The position numbers and the translations under genes were made by a program. From an uncultured Actinomycetota bacterium (GTDB lineage Bacteria > Actinomycetota > Actinomycetes > Propionibacteriales > Kribbellaceae), in assembly GCA_963770725.1 (NCBI GenBank), contig CAVYQT010000002.1, forward strand, positions 126,462 through 190,461: DNA of 64,000 nucleotides, read 5' to 3'. Each line of letters begins with the position of its first letter. Within the stretch, counting starts at the first letter, position 1. Of this stretch, positions 53,872 through 64,000 are shown in pieces. Under the pieces are notes generated by a model. The model did not search any database. It saw only the letters and a program-made list of their open reading frames with translations, and was not told the DNA's origin.

Positions 53872-54798
53872 GTACACAAACGGAACTCGAACGTCCCGCC
53901 GGCGCCTCGCGCCGGCCGGATCTCATCGACGCACCCGGGCTTCCGGTCCGGGCGATCAAGGGCATCGTGCTCGTGCTGTGCTGCGTGGTCGTGATCGTGC
54001 CCGTTCATCGGAGTGATCTCGACCAGCATCGCCAGCCAGGCCCATGTCACCAACTCCGGCGGCTTCGTGCTCTGGCCGGACGGGATCAACCTGGACTCCT
54101 ACCGGACGATCTTCAACGGCGGCGTCGTACTGCAGGCGCTGCTGGTCAGCTTCACGATCACCATCGGCGGCACGTTCATCAGCCTGGCCGGGTCCACGAT
54201 GCTGGCGTACGCGCTCAGCCGCCCCGGCTCGTTCGGCCAGCGGCCGATGCTGATGATCGTGTTGTTCAGCCTGCTGTTCAGCCCCGGCCTGATCCCGAAC
54301 TACCTGGTGGTGAAGCAGTTCGGGCTGCTCGACTCGCTGCTGGCACTCATCCTGCCGACCGCGATCAGCGGCTTCAACGTGATCATCCTGCGGGCGTTCT
54401 TCATGTCGATCCCGGACTCGGTGGTCGACTCGGCCCGGGTCGACGGCGCCGGCGACTTCCGGATCTTCTGGTCGATCATGCTGCCGCTGTCCCGGGCGGT
54501 GCTCGCGGTGATCGGCCTGTTCTACGCGGTCGGTTACTGGAACGCGTTCTTCAGCGCCATGCTCTACATCAGCGACACCGCGAAGTGGCCGCTGCAGCTG
54601 GTGCTGCGGACGTACGTCATCAACAACACCGAGCTCAGCAGTGGTGATCTCGGTGGGGCCGCGGCCGACCAGCTTCCGCCGCAGGAGTCCATCCAGATGG
54701 CGATCCTGGTGATCTCCCTGGTGCCGATCCTGATCGTGTACCCGTTCCTCCAGCGGCACTTCGCCAAGGGCATGCTGACCGGGGCGGTGAAGGGATGA
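53868..54798 (+). CDS. Carbohydrate ABC permease (LplC type), frameshift near 54000
   Basis: GLIPNYLVVK, SARVDGA, YPFLQRHFAKG. Confidence 0.85.
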
Positions 54799-56423
54799 CC
54801 ATGACCAGCAGACGGATCAATAGAAGGACCCTTCTCCGCGGCTCTTTGGCCGCTGCGGCCATCGGCAGTCTGAGCGGTTGTGCCACGGTGACCAGGTCGA
54901 CCGATATCGCGGCACTGAACAAGCCCGTGGAGCTGCCGACGTACCGGCGGTTCAACGGTCCGAAGCCGGACCTGCCGCTGAGCCATCCGTTGATGCCGGA
55001 CTGCTTCTACCAGTTCCCGGCCAAGCCGGTCCGGGCCACCGACGGCGCGCCCGGCGACGGCAGCGATGTGACCGGCACCGTCCCGACGTCGAACCCGATC
55101 CCGCCGACCGCCGACCGCAACCCGTACTGGCAGGAGCTGAACAAGAGACTCGGCTCGCCGGTCGGGCTGACCATCACCGCGGCCAACGACTACGACGACA
55201 AGTTCGCGACCGCCGTGGCCGGCGACACCCTCGGCGATCTGTTCAACGTCGAAGGCACGTTCGCCTATCTGCCGCAGTTCCTCGAGGCGAGGGCGCAGGA
55301 TCTGACCGAACATCTGTCCGGGGACGCGATCCTGGACTATCCGTTCCTGGCCAACCTGTCCACCGAGTCGTGGCGCGGCTGCGTGTTCGCCGGCGGCATC
55401 CGGGCGGTTCCGATCCAGCGCGGCGTGATGTCGTCCAACCTGCTGCTGGCCCGGCAGGACATCCTGGACAAGCTCGGGGTCGAGCTCGGTTCGCCCAACC
55501 TGGCCGAGTTGATCAAGGTCGCCAAGGCGGTCACGGACGAGAAGAAGAACCGCTGGGCGTTCGCGGTCCCGCCGACGTCCGCGCTGAGTGCGATGCTGCG
55601 GTTGCCGAACGACTGGGAGGTCCGCGACGGCCGCCTGGTGCACAGCCGGGAAATCGAGGAGCACAAGAAGCTGCTCTCGATCGGCCGGCAACTCGTCGTC
55701 GACGGGCTGATCCATCCCGACGGGGTGGCGAAGCACAACCAGAAGGTCTGGTTCAGCCAGGGCTCGGCGGTGATGACCCAGGACTCGTACTCCTCGATCC
55801 AGAGCTTCTACCGGCGCAGTGTGGTGAAGGAGTTCGCGATCGCCATCCCGGTCGTGCGCGATGACGCCGGGAAGACCGGGCGGTTCCTGATGGGCAAGCC
55901 GAACAACTCGATCGCGGCGATCAAGCCCAGCTCGCCGGAGCGGACCCGGATGCTGCTCGGGATGCTGAACTGGTTCGCCGCGCCGTTCGGCACCGAGGAG
56001 TACCTGTTCCGCAAGTTCGGCCTGCCCGGGCGCCACTACACCCTGAAAGGCACCGACCCGGTGCTGACCGAGGACGGCGGAAGCGAGGTGTGCCTGGGCG
56101 AGTTCCCGGTCCAGTACCTGGCCGACGGCGGCTATCCGGTCTACTTCCCGGGTCACCCCGAGGCGGTCGACGTGGCGCACAACCACCTCAAGGCGGTCCT
56201 GCCGACGGCGATCCCGCAACCGGCGTACGGGCTCTACTCACCGACCGACTCGACCAAGGGCAAGGTCGCCGACAAGCAGTTCGAGGCGCTCACCAAGGAG
56301 ATCCAGCTCGGCCGCGCCGACCTCTCGGACTGGGACAAGGCAGTAGCCGACTGGCGCAAGTCCAGAGGCGACGCGATCCGCCACGAATACGAAGAAGCCA
56401 TGGCCATCCAAGGCCGCAAGTAG
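54795..56423 (+). CDS. Extracellular sugar-binding lipoprotein (Tat signal)
   Basis: NRRTLL Tat motif, LSGC lipobox, ABC operon context. Confidence 0.85.
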   Translation: MTMTSRRINRRTLLRGSLAAAAIGSLSGCATVTRSTDIAALNKPVELPTYRRFNGPKPDLPLSHPLMPDCFYQFPAKPVRATDGAPGDGSDVTGTVPTSNPIPPTADRNPYWQELNKRLGSPVGLTITAANDYDDKFATAVAGDTLGDLFNVEGTFAYLPQFLEARAQDLTEHLSGDAILDYPFLANLSTESWRGCVFAGGIRAVPIQRGVMSSNLLLARQDILDKLGVELGSPNLAELIKVAKAVTDEKKNRWAFAVPPTSALSAMLRLPNDWEVRDGRLVHSREIEEHKKLLSIGRQLVVDGLIHPDGVAKHNQKVWFSQGSAVMTQDSYSSIQSFYRRSVVKEFAIAIPVVRDDAGKTGRFLMGKPNNSIAAIKPSSPERTRMLLGMLNWFAAPFGTEEYLFRKFGLPGRHYTLKGTDPVLTEDGGSEVCLGEFPVQYLADGGYPVYFPGHPEAVDVAHNHLKAVLPTAIPQPAYGLYSPTDSTKGKVADKQFEALTKEIQLGRADLSDWDKAVADWRKSRGDAIRHEYEEAMAIQGRK

Positions 56424-56486
56424 CAACCGGCGGTCGGGGCACCCCGCCCCGGCCGCCACCCACCAAGGGTTCTCGACCATTAACAC

Positions 56487-56527
56487 CGCGCGCACCGCCC
56501 CCAGGGCGGTGCGCGCGTCTTCTTCTT
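56487..56527 (+). terminator. Intrinsic terminator hairpin
   Basis: CGCGCACCGCCC-loop-GGGCGGTGCGCG followed by a pyrimidine tract. Confidence 0.6.
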
Positions 56528-57037
56528 ACTCGCAGCGAAGAGTGTCCAGGTTTGCCGCAATGCCCATCGCGTGGCTGCCCGCGTCATTCGGGTGCAGGCC
56601 GTCGCCCCCGTCGTACGCAGCCTGCAGGCGGGTCGGGTCAGCAGGGTCCCGGGTGGCAGCGTCGAAGTCGACCACGCCGTCGAACTCACCACTGTTCCGG
56701 ATGAACTCGTTGACCGCCTGCCGCGCCGCCTCCTTCTCCGGCGTGTACACGAACGACCCGCCCACCGGCGTGATCGTCCCGCCGACGATGCACCGACCGG
56801 CAGAGTGCACCCGAGCGATCAACTGCCGATACCCATCGATCAGCTCATCCGCGGTCGCACGTCGTCGCTCGCACCCCACGTCGTCACCTGCTGCGTCCCA
56901 GGTCCGCCGGCCGCGGCCCCAGCCGCCGCCCCAGCCGCCGCCGGCCCGTCCGGCGCTGCGGAGTCCACCAGGCCCGCCGCACCCACCGCCATCACCAGCA
57001 CACTCGCGCCCATTCGGCGCCACGAGGAAGATTTCAT
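56526..57037 (-). pseudogene. Secreted SGNH/GDSL hydrolase with internal deletion near 56858
   Basis: Signal peptide and VTTWGAS joined out of frame to ATADELIDGY...DGLHPNDAG; GDS block absent. Confidence 0.75.
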
Positions 57038-57273
57038 TCTGCCAAGTCACTATTGAATAGATATGACCTCAACGAGTTGCAGTTGTTGCAGCGCCCAGCG
57101 GTCTCTTCCCGGAGACGAGTGGTTGGGGGACCGAACGACATTAGGAGGTAGTGCCCCTGGCCGCCGGTTCTGCCTCGAGAACACGCGGGATCGAGGCTCC
57201 AGCAGCGGGATACCTCCTGTCCTTCGGTCCCGGTCGCGGTGCTGCTCCGACCAGTAAGGGACAATGGTTGGCG

Positions 57274-59777
57274 ATGACGCTGACCGAGGAAGTTCCTGCG
57301 AGTACCGATGCCGATGCCCTGTACGACGCCTTCGCGAGGTGGGTGGGAGAGCAGGGGATCTCGTTGTACCCGGCGCAGGAGGAGGCGCTGATCGAGGTGA
57401 TGACGGGGTCGAACGTGATCCTGTCGACGCCGACCGGCTCGGGAAAGAGCCTGGTCGCCACCGGGTCGCACTTCGCCGCCCTCGCGAACGGCAAGCGCAC
57501 CTTCTACACCGCGCCGATCAAGGCGCTGGTGTCGGAGAAGTTCTTCGCGTTGTGCGACATCTTCGGCGCCGACAAGGTCGGCATGCTGACCGGCGACGCG
57601 TCGGTGAACGCCGGCGCCCCGATCATCTGCTGCACCGCCGAGGTGCTCGCCAACGTCGCGCTGCGCGAGGGAGCCGCCGCCGACGTCGGTCAGGTGGTGA
57701 TGGACGAGTTCCACTTCTACTCCGAGCCCGACCGCGGCTGGGCCTGGCAGGTGCCGCTGCTCGAACTGCCGGACGCCCAGTTCATCCTGATGTCGGCGAC
57801 CCTCGGCGACGTCGAGCGCTTCAAGATCGACCTGTCGAGAAGGACCGGCCGCCCGACCGCGATCGTGTCGTCGGCCGAGCGCCCGGTGCCGTTGATCTAC
57901 AAGTACGTCACCACCGCGCTGCACGAAACGCTCGAGGAACTCCTCACCACCCATCAGGCGCCGGTGTACGTCGTCCACTTCACCCAGGCCGCCGCCCTCG
58001 AACGAGCCCAGGCGCTGACCAGCATCAACGTCTCCTCGAAGGAGGAGAAGGAGAAGATCAACGAGCTGATCGGCCACTTCCGATTCAGCAAGGGCTTCGG
58101 CCGGACCCTGCAGCGGCTGGTGAAACACGGGATCGGCGTCCACCACGCCGGCATGCTGCCGAAGTACCGCCGCCTGGTCGAGCAACTCGCCCAGGCCGGT
58201 CTGCTCAAGGTCATCTGCGGCACCGACACCCTCGGCGTCGGCATCAACGTCCCGATCCGGACCGTCGTCCTGACCGCGCTGAGCAAGTACGACGGACGCC
58301 GCCAGCGGATCCTGAAGGCGCGGGAGTTCCACCAGATCGCGGGCCGGGCCGGACGGGCCGGCTACGACACGTCGGGGACGGTCGTCGTCCAGGCGCCGGA
58401 TCACGTGGTGGAGAACGTGAAGGCGCTGGCCAAGGCCGGCGACGACCCGAAGAAGCAGCGCAAGGTGCAGCGGAAGAAGCCGCCGGAAGGGTTCGTCACC
58501 TGGGGCGAGGACACGTTCGACCGGCTGGTCGCGGCCGAGCCCGAGGCGTTGCAGTCGCGGATGCGGGTCAGCCACGCGATGCTGCTCAACGTGATCGCCC
58601 GCGACGGCGACGCGTTCGCGAGCATGCGGCATCTGCTGCGCGACAACCACGAGGACGCGCAGGGCCCAGGTCCGGCTGATCCGCCGGGCGATCCAGATCT
58701 ACCGGACGCTGCTGACCGCGGGTGTGGTCGAGCGGCTGGACGAGCCGGACGAGTCCGGCCGGATGCTGCGGCTGACCGTCGACCTGCAGAAGGACTTCAG
58801 CCTCAACCAGCCGTTGTCGACGTTCGCCCTGGCCGCACTCGACCTGCTCGATCCGGAAAGCCCGGAGTACGCGCTGGACGTGGTCTCCATCATCGAGGCG
58901 ACCCTCGAAGACCCGCGCGCGGTGCTCTGGGCGCAGGAGCACCACGCCAAGGGCGAGGCCGTGAACGCGATGAAGGCCGAGGGGATCGAGTACGAAGAGC
59001 GGATGGAGCTGCTCGAGGACGTGAGCTGGCCGAAGCCGCTCAACGAGTTGCTCGAGGCAACGTTCGACATGTACCGGCAGACCCACCCGTGGATCGCCGA
59101 CGCCGGGCTGTCGCCGAAGTCGGTGGTCCGGGACATGTTCGAGCGGGCGATGACGTTCGGCGAGTTCATCGGCTTCTACGGGCTCGCGCGGTCCGAGGGC
59201 GTCGTACTGCGGTATCTGAGCGACGCCTACAAGGCGCTCCGGCAGACCGTGCCGGAGGCCTTGGCGAACGAGGATCTGACCGACCTGATCGAGTGGCTCG
59301 GCGAGGTCGTCCGGCAGACCGACTCCAGCCTGCTCGACGAGTGGGAGGAGCTGACGAACCCGACGACCGAGGAGGTCGCCGCGCCGACGCCGGCCGGTCC
59401 GCGCCGGATCACCTTGAACAGCAGGGCTTTCCGGGTCCTGGTCCGCAACGCGATGTTCCGCCGGGTCGAACTGGTCTCCCTGCACCGCTGGGCCGAGCTC
59501 GGCCAACTCGACACCGACGCGGGCTGGGACGCCGCGCCGCTGGGCCGAGGCCGGTACGGCGTACTACGCCGAGCACTCCACCCTCAACACCGGCCCGGCG
59601 GCCCGCGGCCCGGCCCTCTTCATCGTCGAGGAGCACCCCGGCTACTGGGAGGTCCAGCAGATCATCGACGACCCGGAAGGCAACCACGACTGGCGCATCA
59701 CCGCCACCGTCGACCTCGACGCGTCCGACGAAGCCGGCGACCTGGTCCTGGAAATGGTCTCGTTCAAACCGCTGTAG
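57274..59777 (+). CDS. Ski2-like DEAD/DEAH helicase with DUF3516-like C-terminus (frameshifts near 58665 and 59535)
   Basis: TPTGSGKS, DEFH, SAT, QIAGRAGR, DSSLLDEWE. Confidence 0.88.
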
Positions 59778-60197
59778 TCACGGGTGTCTGGAGGGTCCGG
59801 ACCTCCCGGACGAACATGGGCAGCGCGGACAACGCCATGCCGGCGGTTCCGGCCGCGAGCGCTGCCGTAGTACCGAAGGTGCTGCCCAGTACGCCGCCCA
59901 GCGCGGCACCGACCGGGAGCACGCCGAAGGTGAAGGTGCGGTAGGCACCGTTGCTGCGGGCAAGGGACGCGCGCGGGATCAGGAGTTGGCGGATCGTCAC
60001 CGACAACACGTTGGCGCTGCCGAGACCGATGCCGGCGGCGAACTGCACCAGGCCGAGGAGTACGCCGTACTGCACACCGCGACCGGGCAGCAGGGCCAGC
60101 AGGAGTGGCAGGCCGGTCGACAGCGCGAGCGAGGTGAGGAACGCGGGGCCGTAGCCGAGTCGCCCCGCAACAAGATGCGGAAGTACCGCGCCCGCAG
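59764..60197 (-). pseudogene. C-terminal fragment of an MFS transporter
   Basis: About 4 TM helices, TIRQLLIP..LAR..G; 5' part replaced directly by fabV 3' end. Confidence 0.65.
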
Positions 60198-61373
60198 CTA
60201 GGACGACGGCCAGGCGACGTCGACCTCGGTGTCGGCCTCGTAGTCGACCCCCAGTACGTCGAAGCCATACAGGCGTCGTACCTCGGCGAAGAACCACGCG
60301 GCGTCGGCGACCTCCGCGATGTTGTCCTGGGTCGCCGCCTCCCACTGGGCGCGTACGGCGGCCTGGACGTCGTCGTTAGTTCCCACCGGTCGAGCCGGAT
60401 GCGGCCTTCCTCGTCGAGATCCAGTGGGGTGTCGCCGGTGAGCTGATCCCACAACGCGATCGACTGCTGGATCGGGGACTGCAGGCCGTCGCCGAGAACC
60501 TTGTGCAGCAGGCTGACGTACAGCCCGATGCCGTGAATCGCCGACGAGGCCTGGGTGACGGCAGCGCCGTTGACCGACGTCATCGCCTGGACGCCGTCCT
60601 TGCTGAGGGTGAGCGCGGTCTGCTCGAGGTCGGCCTTCGCGGCGCCGATCGAGCCCGGCGGTAGATCGGGCCGGTGAGCTCGGAGCCGATGTAGGTGAGC
60701 GCGACCGTGCTGAATCCAGGCTTGGTCAGACCGCGTTCGGTCAGCGCCTCGATCCAGCGGGACCAGTCCTCGCCGCCCATCACCTTCACGGTCTGCGCGA
60801 TCTCGTCGTCGGTCGCGACCTCGATGCCGACCTCCTGCAGGACCGGGTCCGCGCCGTCGAAGGCCAGGCTCTTGGTGGTGTGCGGCGCGCCGATCGCCTT
60901 GATCGCGGACTGGTACGTCTCCTCGGTCCGCGGATCCACCCGGCGTGGTGCGGCGACGCTGTAGATCAGGTGGTCGACCCCGCCGAACCGCTCCGCGATC
61001 AGGTCGAGCACCTCGGCCTTCGTGGTGTCCGCGAAGGCATCCGCGTTGACGAAGTGGAACTCGCGACCGAGTTCCGCCGGCCAGCGCAGCGGTCTCGGCC
61101 GTGCGGTACCAGCCGGCGGTCGCGGTACGACGGGCCGTCGGTGCCTTCTCGAACGACACACCCACCCCGTCGATCCCGTAGCGCGCGAGACCCGCGATCG
61201 TCGTGGCCAGCCCGTAGCCGGAGCTCGACCCGATCACGAGCGCGATGCGGCGTTCCGGCGTACGACGCTCGACCTGGCCGGCCAGGTCGCGGACCAGGCC
61301 GGGCACAGCCGTCCGGATGCGAGTCCAGGAAGAGGAATCCACGGCCGACGGGCTTGACTACGCGCTCACTCAT
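60198..61373 (-). CDS. fabV: Enoyl-ACP reductase FabV / trans-2-enoyl-CoA reductase (about 4 frameshifts)
   Basis: IGSSSGYGLA, TATAGWY, TVKVMGGEDW, RIRLDRWE, LYGFDV. Confidence 0.85.
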
Positions 61374-61520
61374 GCCGATGACCCTAACTCGAAGACCCGT
61401 ACCGTCGAACGGGTAGTACTCGGCTCCACCGACCGGCCTCGACCGGACTCCCGCCTGGTAAAGCCCTACCCGACCGACCACTACCCGCTCTTCGGTACAC
61501 CTACGGGTTGGGCCGCCCGT

Positions 61521-62810
61521 TCAGTTCCAGTACAGTTCCGCGTCGTCCGGCTCGACCGTGACGTCCGCGCCGAGGCGGCGGAGGTTGCCCGCGAAGTCGG
61601 TGTAGCCGCGGTGCACGTGATGCGCCGCGGACACCGAGCGTCTCGCCTTCCGCCGCCAGCCCGGCCAGCACGAACGCGGCGCCGGCGCGGATGTCGCTGA
61701 CGCGACGACCGGCGCACCCGACAGCCGCGGTACGCCGCGGACCACCGCGTGGTGACCGTCGGTCTGGATCTGGGCGCCGAGCCGGGTCAGCTCCTGCGCG
61801 AACGTGAACCGGCCCTCGAAGAGGTTCTCGGTCACCATCGCCGCACCGTCACTGATCGCGTTCAGCGCGATCACGAACGCCTGCAGGTCGGTCGCGAACC
61901 CCGGGTACGGCAGCGTGACCACGTCCACCGGCTTCGGCCGGTCGTCCATCCGGACCCGGAAGCCGGTCTCCAGCACGCTGATCTCCGCGCCGGCCTTGTG
62001 CAGCTTGTCCAGCGGCAGTTCGAGATGCTGGGCATGGCCGTTCGTGATCGTCACGTCACCCTTGGTGATCGCGGCCGCGAACGCCCAGCTGCCGGACACG
62101 ATCCGGTCCGGTACGACGACGTGCTCGACCGGCTTGAGCAGCCCGGTCACGCCGGTGATCTCGATCCGCGGCGACCCGGCGCCGTCGATCTGGGCGCCCA
62201 TCTCGACCAGCATCGCGGCGATGTCCTGGATCTCCGGCTCGCGGGCCGCGTTCTCGATCACCGTGGTGCCCTTGGCCAGCACCGCGGCCATCATGATCGT
62301 CTCGGTCGCGCCGACGCTCGGGAAGTCCAGCCAGACCTCGGCGCCGTGCAGGCCCTGCGGCGCCTCGGCGATGACGAAACCGTGCTCGATGTGCACCTTC
62401 GCGCCCATCGCCTCCAGCCCCGCGACGTGCATGTTCAGCCCGCGGGAGCCGATGTTGTCGCCGCCCGGCAGCGCCACCTCGGCCTGACCACAGCGGGCCA
62501 GCAGCGGTCCGAGCACCGAGATCGACGCCCGCAGCTTGCGCACCAACTCGTAGTCACACTGGTGCCCGACCTCAGCCGGTACGGCGATCGTCGCGGTCCG
62601 CTCGTCCGCGTCGACCTTCACGTAGCAGCCGAGAGTGTCCAGCAACTGGGCCATGAAGGTGACGTCGAGAATGCTCGGTACCTGCCGCAGCAGCGTCGTC
62701 CCCTCCGCCAGCAGTGCCGCCGCCATCAGCTTGAGCACGCTGTTCTTCGCCCCAGCAACTTCGACGGCTCCCTCGAGCCGTGCCTCACCCGCGATCCGAA
62801 ACCGTTCCAC
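61521..62810 (-). CDS. murA: UDP-N-acetylglucosamine 1-carboxyvinyltransferase (compensating frameshifts about 61640-61700)
   Basis: GAKNS, LPGGDNIGSR, SVGATE, AREPE, PYPGFATDLQ. Confidence 0.95.
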   Translation of the reverse strand: MERFRIAGEARLEGAVEVAGAKNSVLKLMAAALLAEGTTLLRQVPSILDVTFMAQLLDTLGCYVKVDADERTATIAVPAEVGHQCDYELVRKLRASISVLGPLLARCGQAEVALPGGDNIGSRGLNMHVAGLEAMGAKVHIEHGFVIAEAPQGLHGAEVWLDFPSVGATETIMMAAVLAKGTTVIENAAREPEIQDIAAMLVEMGAQIDGAGSPRIEITGVTGLLKPVEHVVVPDRIVSGSWAFAAAITKGDVTITNGHAQHLELPLDKLHKAGAEISVLETGFRVRMDDRPKPVDVVTLPYPGFATDLQAFVIALNAISDGAAMVTENLFEGRFTFAQELTRLGAQIQTDGHHAVVRGVPRLSGAPVVASATSAPAPRSCWPGWRRKARRSVSAAHHVHRGYTDFAGNLRRLGADVTVEPDDAELYWN

Positions 62811-62859
62811 CGGTCGACTGTAGCGTTTGGCCGATCCGGGCTTTGCGTAGAGTCCTTCC

Positions 62860-63517
62860 ATGGCTGTGAACTTGACGCGGATCTACACCCGGACCGGCGA
62901 CGCCGGCGAGACCCGCCTGGGCGACAACTCGACGACTGTCGAAGACCGATCCGCGGCTGGCGGCGTACGGCGAGGTGGACGAGGCGAACTCCGCGATCGG
63001 GGTGGCCATCGCCGCCGGGCATCTGAACAGCACTCTGGTGGTGCTGCTGACCAGGATCCAGAACGACCTGTTCGACGTCGGCGCCGACCTGTGCAACCCG
63101 ATCACGCCGAATCCGGAGTACCCGCCGCTGCGCATCACCCAGGAGTACGTCGACCGTCTCGAAGGCTGGTGTGACGACTACAACAGCCGGCTGACCAAGC
63201 TCCGCTCGTTCATCCTGCCCGGCGGCACCGAGGGTGCGGCCTACCTGAACGTCGCCCGGACCGTCGTACGGCGGGCCGAACGCGCCGGCTGGGCCGCCGT
63301 CGAGGCACACGGCCCATCGGTGAACCTGCTCGCGCTCACCTACCTCAACCGCCTCTCCGACCTGCTGTTCATCCTCGGCCGCGTCGCCAACCTCTCCTCC
63401 GGCGGCGACGTCCTCTGGGTCCCGGGCGGCGAACGCACCTCCCTGGCGACTCAGCCCAGCTGCCAGTTGAGCGGCATCCGCAACAGCCCTTCCGGCGGCA
63501 GGCCCAGCGCGGCGTAG
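62860..63517 (+). CDS. Cob(I)alamin adenosyltransferase, PduO type (frameshift near 62935; 3' end uncertain)
   Basis: IYTRTGDAG, DEANS, FILPGG, RRAER, YLNRLSDLLF. Confidence 0.9.
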
Positions 63518-64000
63518 ATGCCGGAGGTCAGCCCGTCGAGGGTCAGCGGCTGAGCCTTGACGGCCAGGTCATCGGTCGTCGTTGGCGCGCGCAGCTGGTC
63601 CAGGAGGTTCCGGTGCGGGCACCGTGGCCAGAGCGATGTTGTCGCGGTCCAGACCGGCCCGGTTGCAGGCGATCGTGAGCGCGTGCTGGAAGCCGCCGAG
63701 CTCGTCGACGAGCTTGCGGGCATGTGCGTCGGCACCCGTCCAGACTCGGCCGCGAGCGAGACTCTCCAGCTCCGTCCTCGGGCAGTCCGCGGTCCTGAGC
63801 CGCCTTGGCGACGAAGTCCTTGTAGATGCGGTCGAGGGTCTCCTCCAGCCGCGCCCACTGCTCGTCGGTGAACTCCTCCTGCGCGGAGAACATCCGCGCG
63901 TTCTCACCCTCCGACACGGCCTGCTGGGTGATCCCGATCCGGCCGAGCGCATCCCGTACGACGCCCTTGCCGGTCAGTACGCCGATCGAGCCGGTGATCG
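63451..64000 (-). CDS. sppA: Signal peptide peptidase SppA (S49), 3' part, frameshifted
   Basis: TGSIGV, IYKDFVAKAA..R, ARGRVWTG.DA...LVDELGG. Confidence 0.8.

Overview
High-GC actinobacterial chromosomal segment; gene content and order suggest Propionibacteriales (Kribbella/Nocardioides-like, inference). 1-18 kb is accessory: MMPL/PadR, MarR/MFS, cobF, an frdABCD operon preceded by a coupled small Cys/His ORF and a perfect TGTGA-N6-TCACA box, zwf, and an ECF42-type sigma/DGPF (YciI) cluster with two near-identical promoter motifs. It also has an AAA-LuxR regulator, a 31/62-bp tandem repeat and tRNA-Arg(CCG). 18.6-44.2 kb is the conserved core block: vapBC, argS-lysA-hom-thrC-thrB-rho-rpmE-prfA-prmC, tsaC, wecA, the atp operon and DUF2550. 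An IS1182-like element (44268-46224, CTAG-flanked) follows, then a HIRAN protein, a secreted hydrolase and a sugar-utilisation island in which most genes carry large internal deletions, then a helicase, fabV, murA, pduO and sppA. The murA/pduO orientation suggests an inversion with one breakpoint at the IS. Many small frameshifts, mostly +1 insertions and including essential genes, occur after about 37.9 kb and are probably consensus errors. All family calls come from motif recognition by eye; no searches were run.
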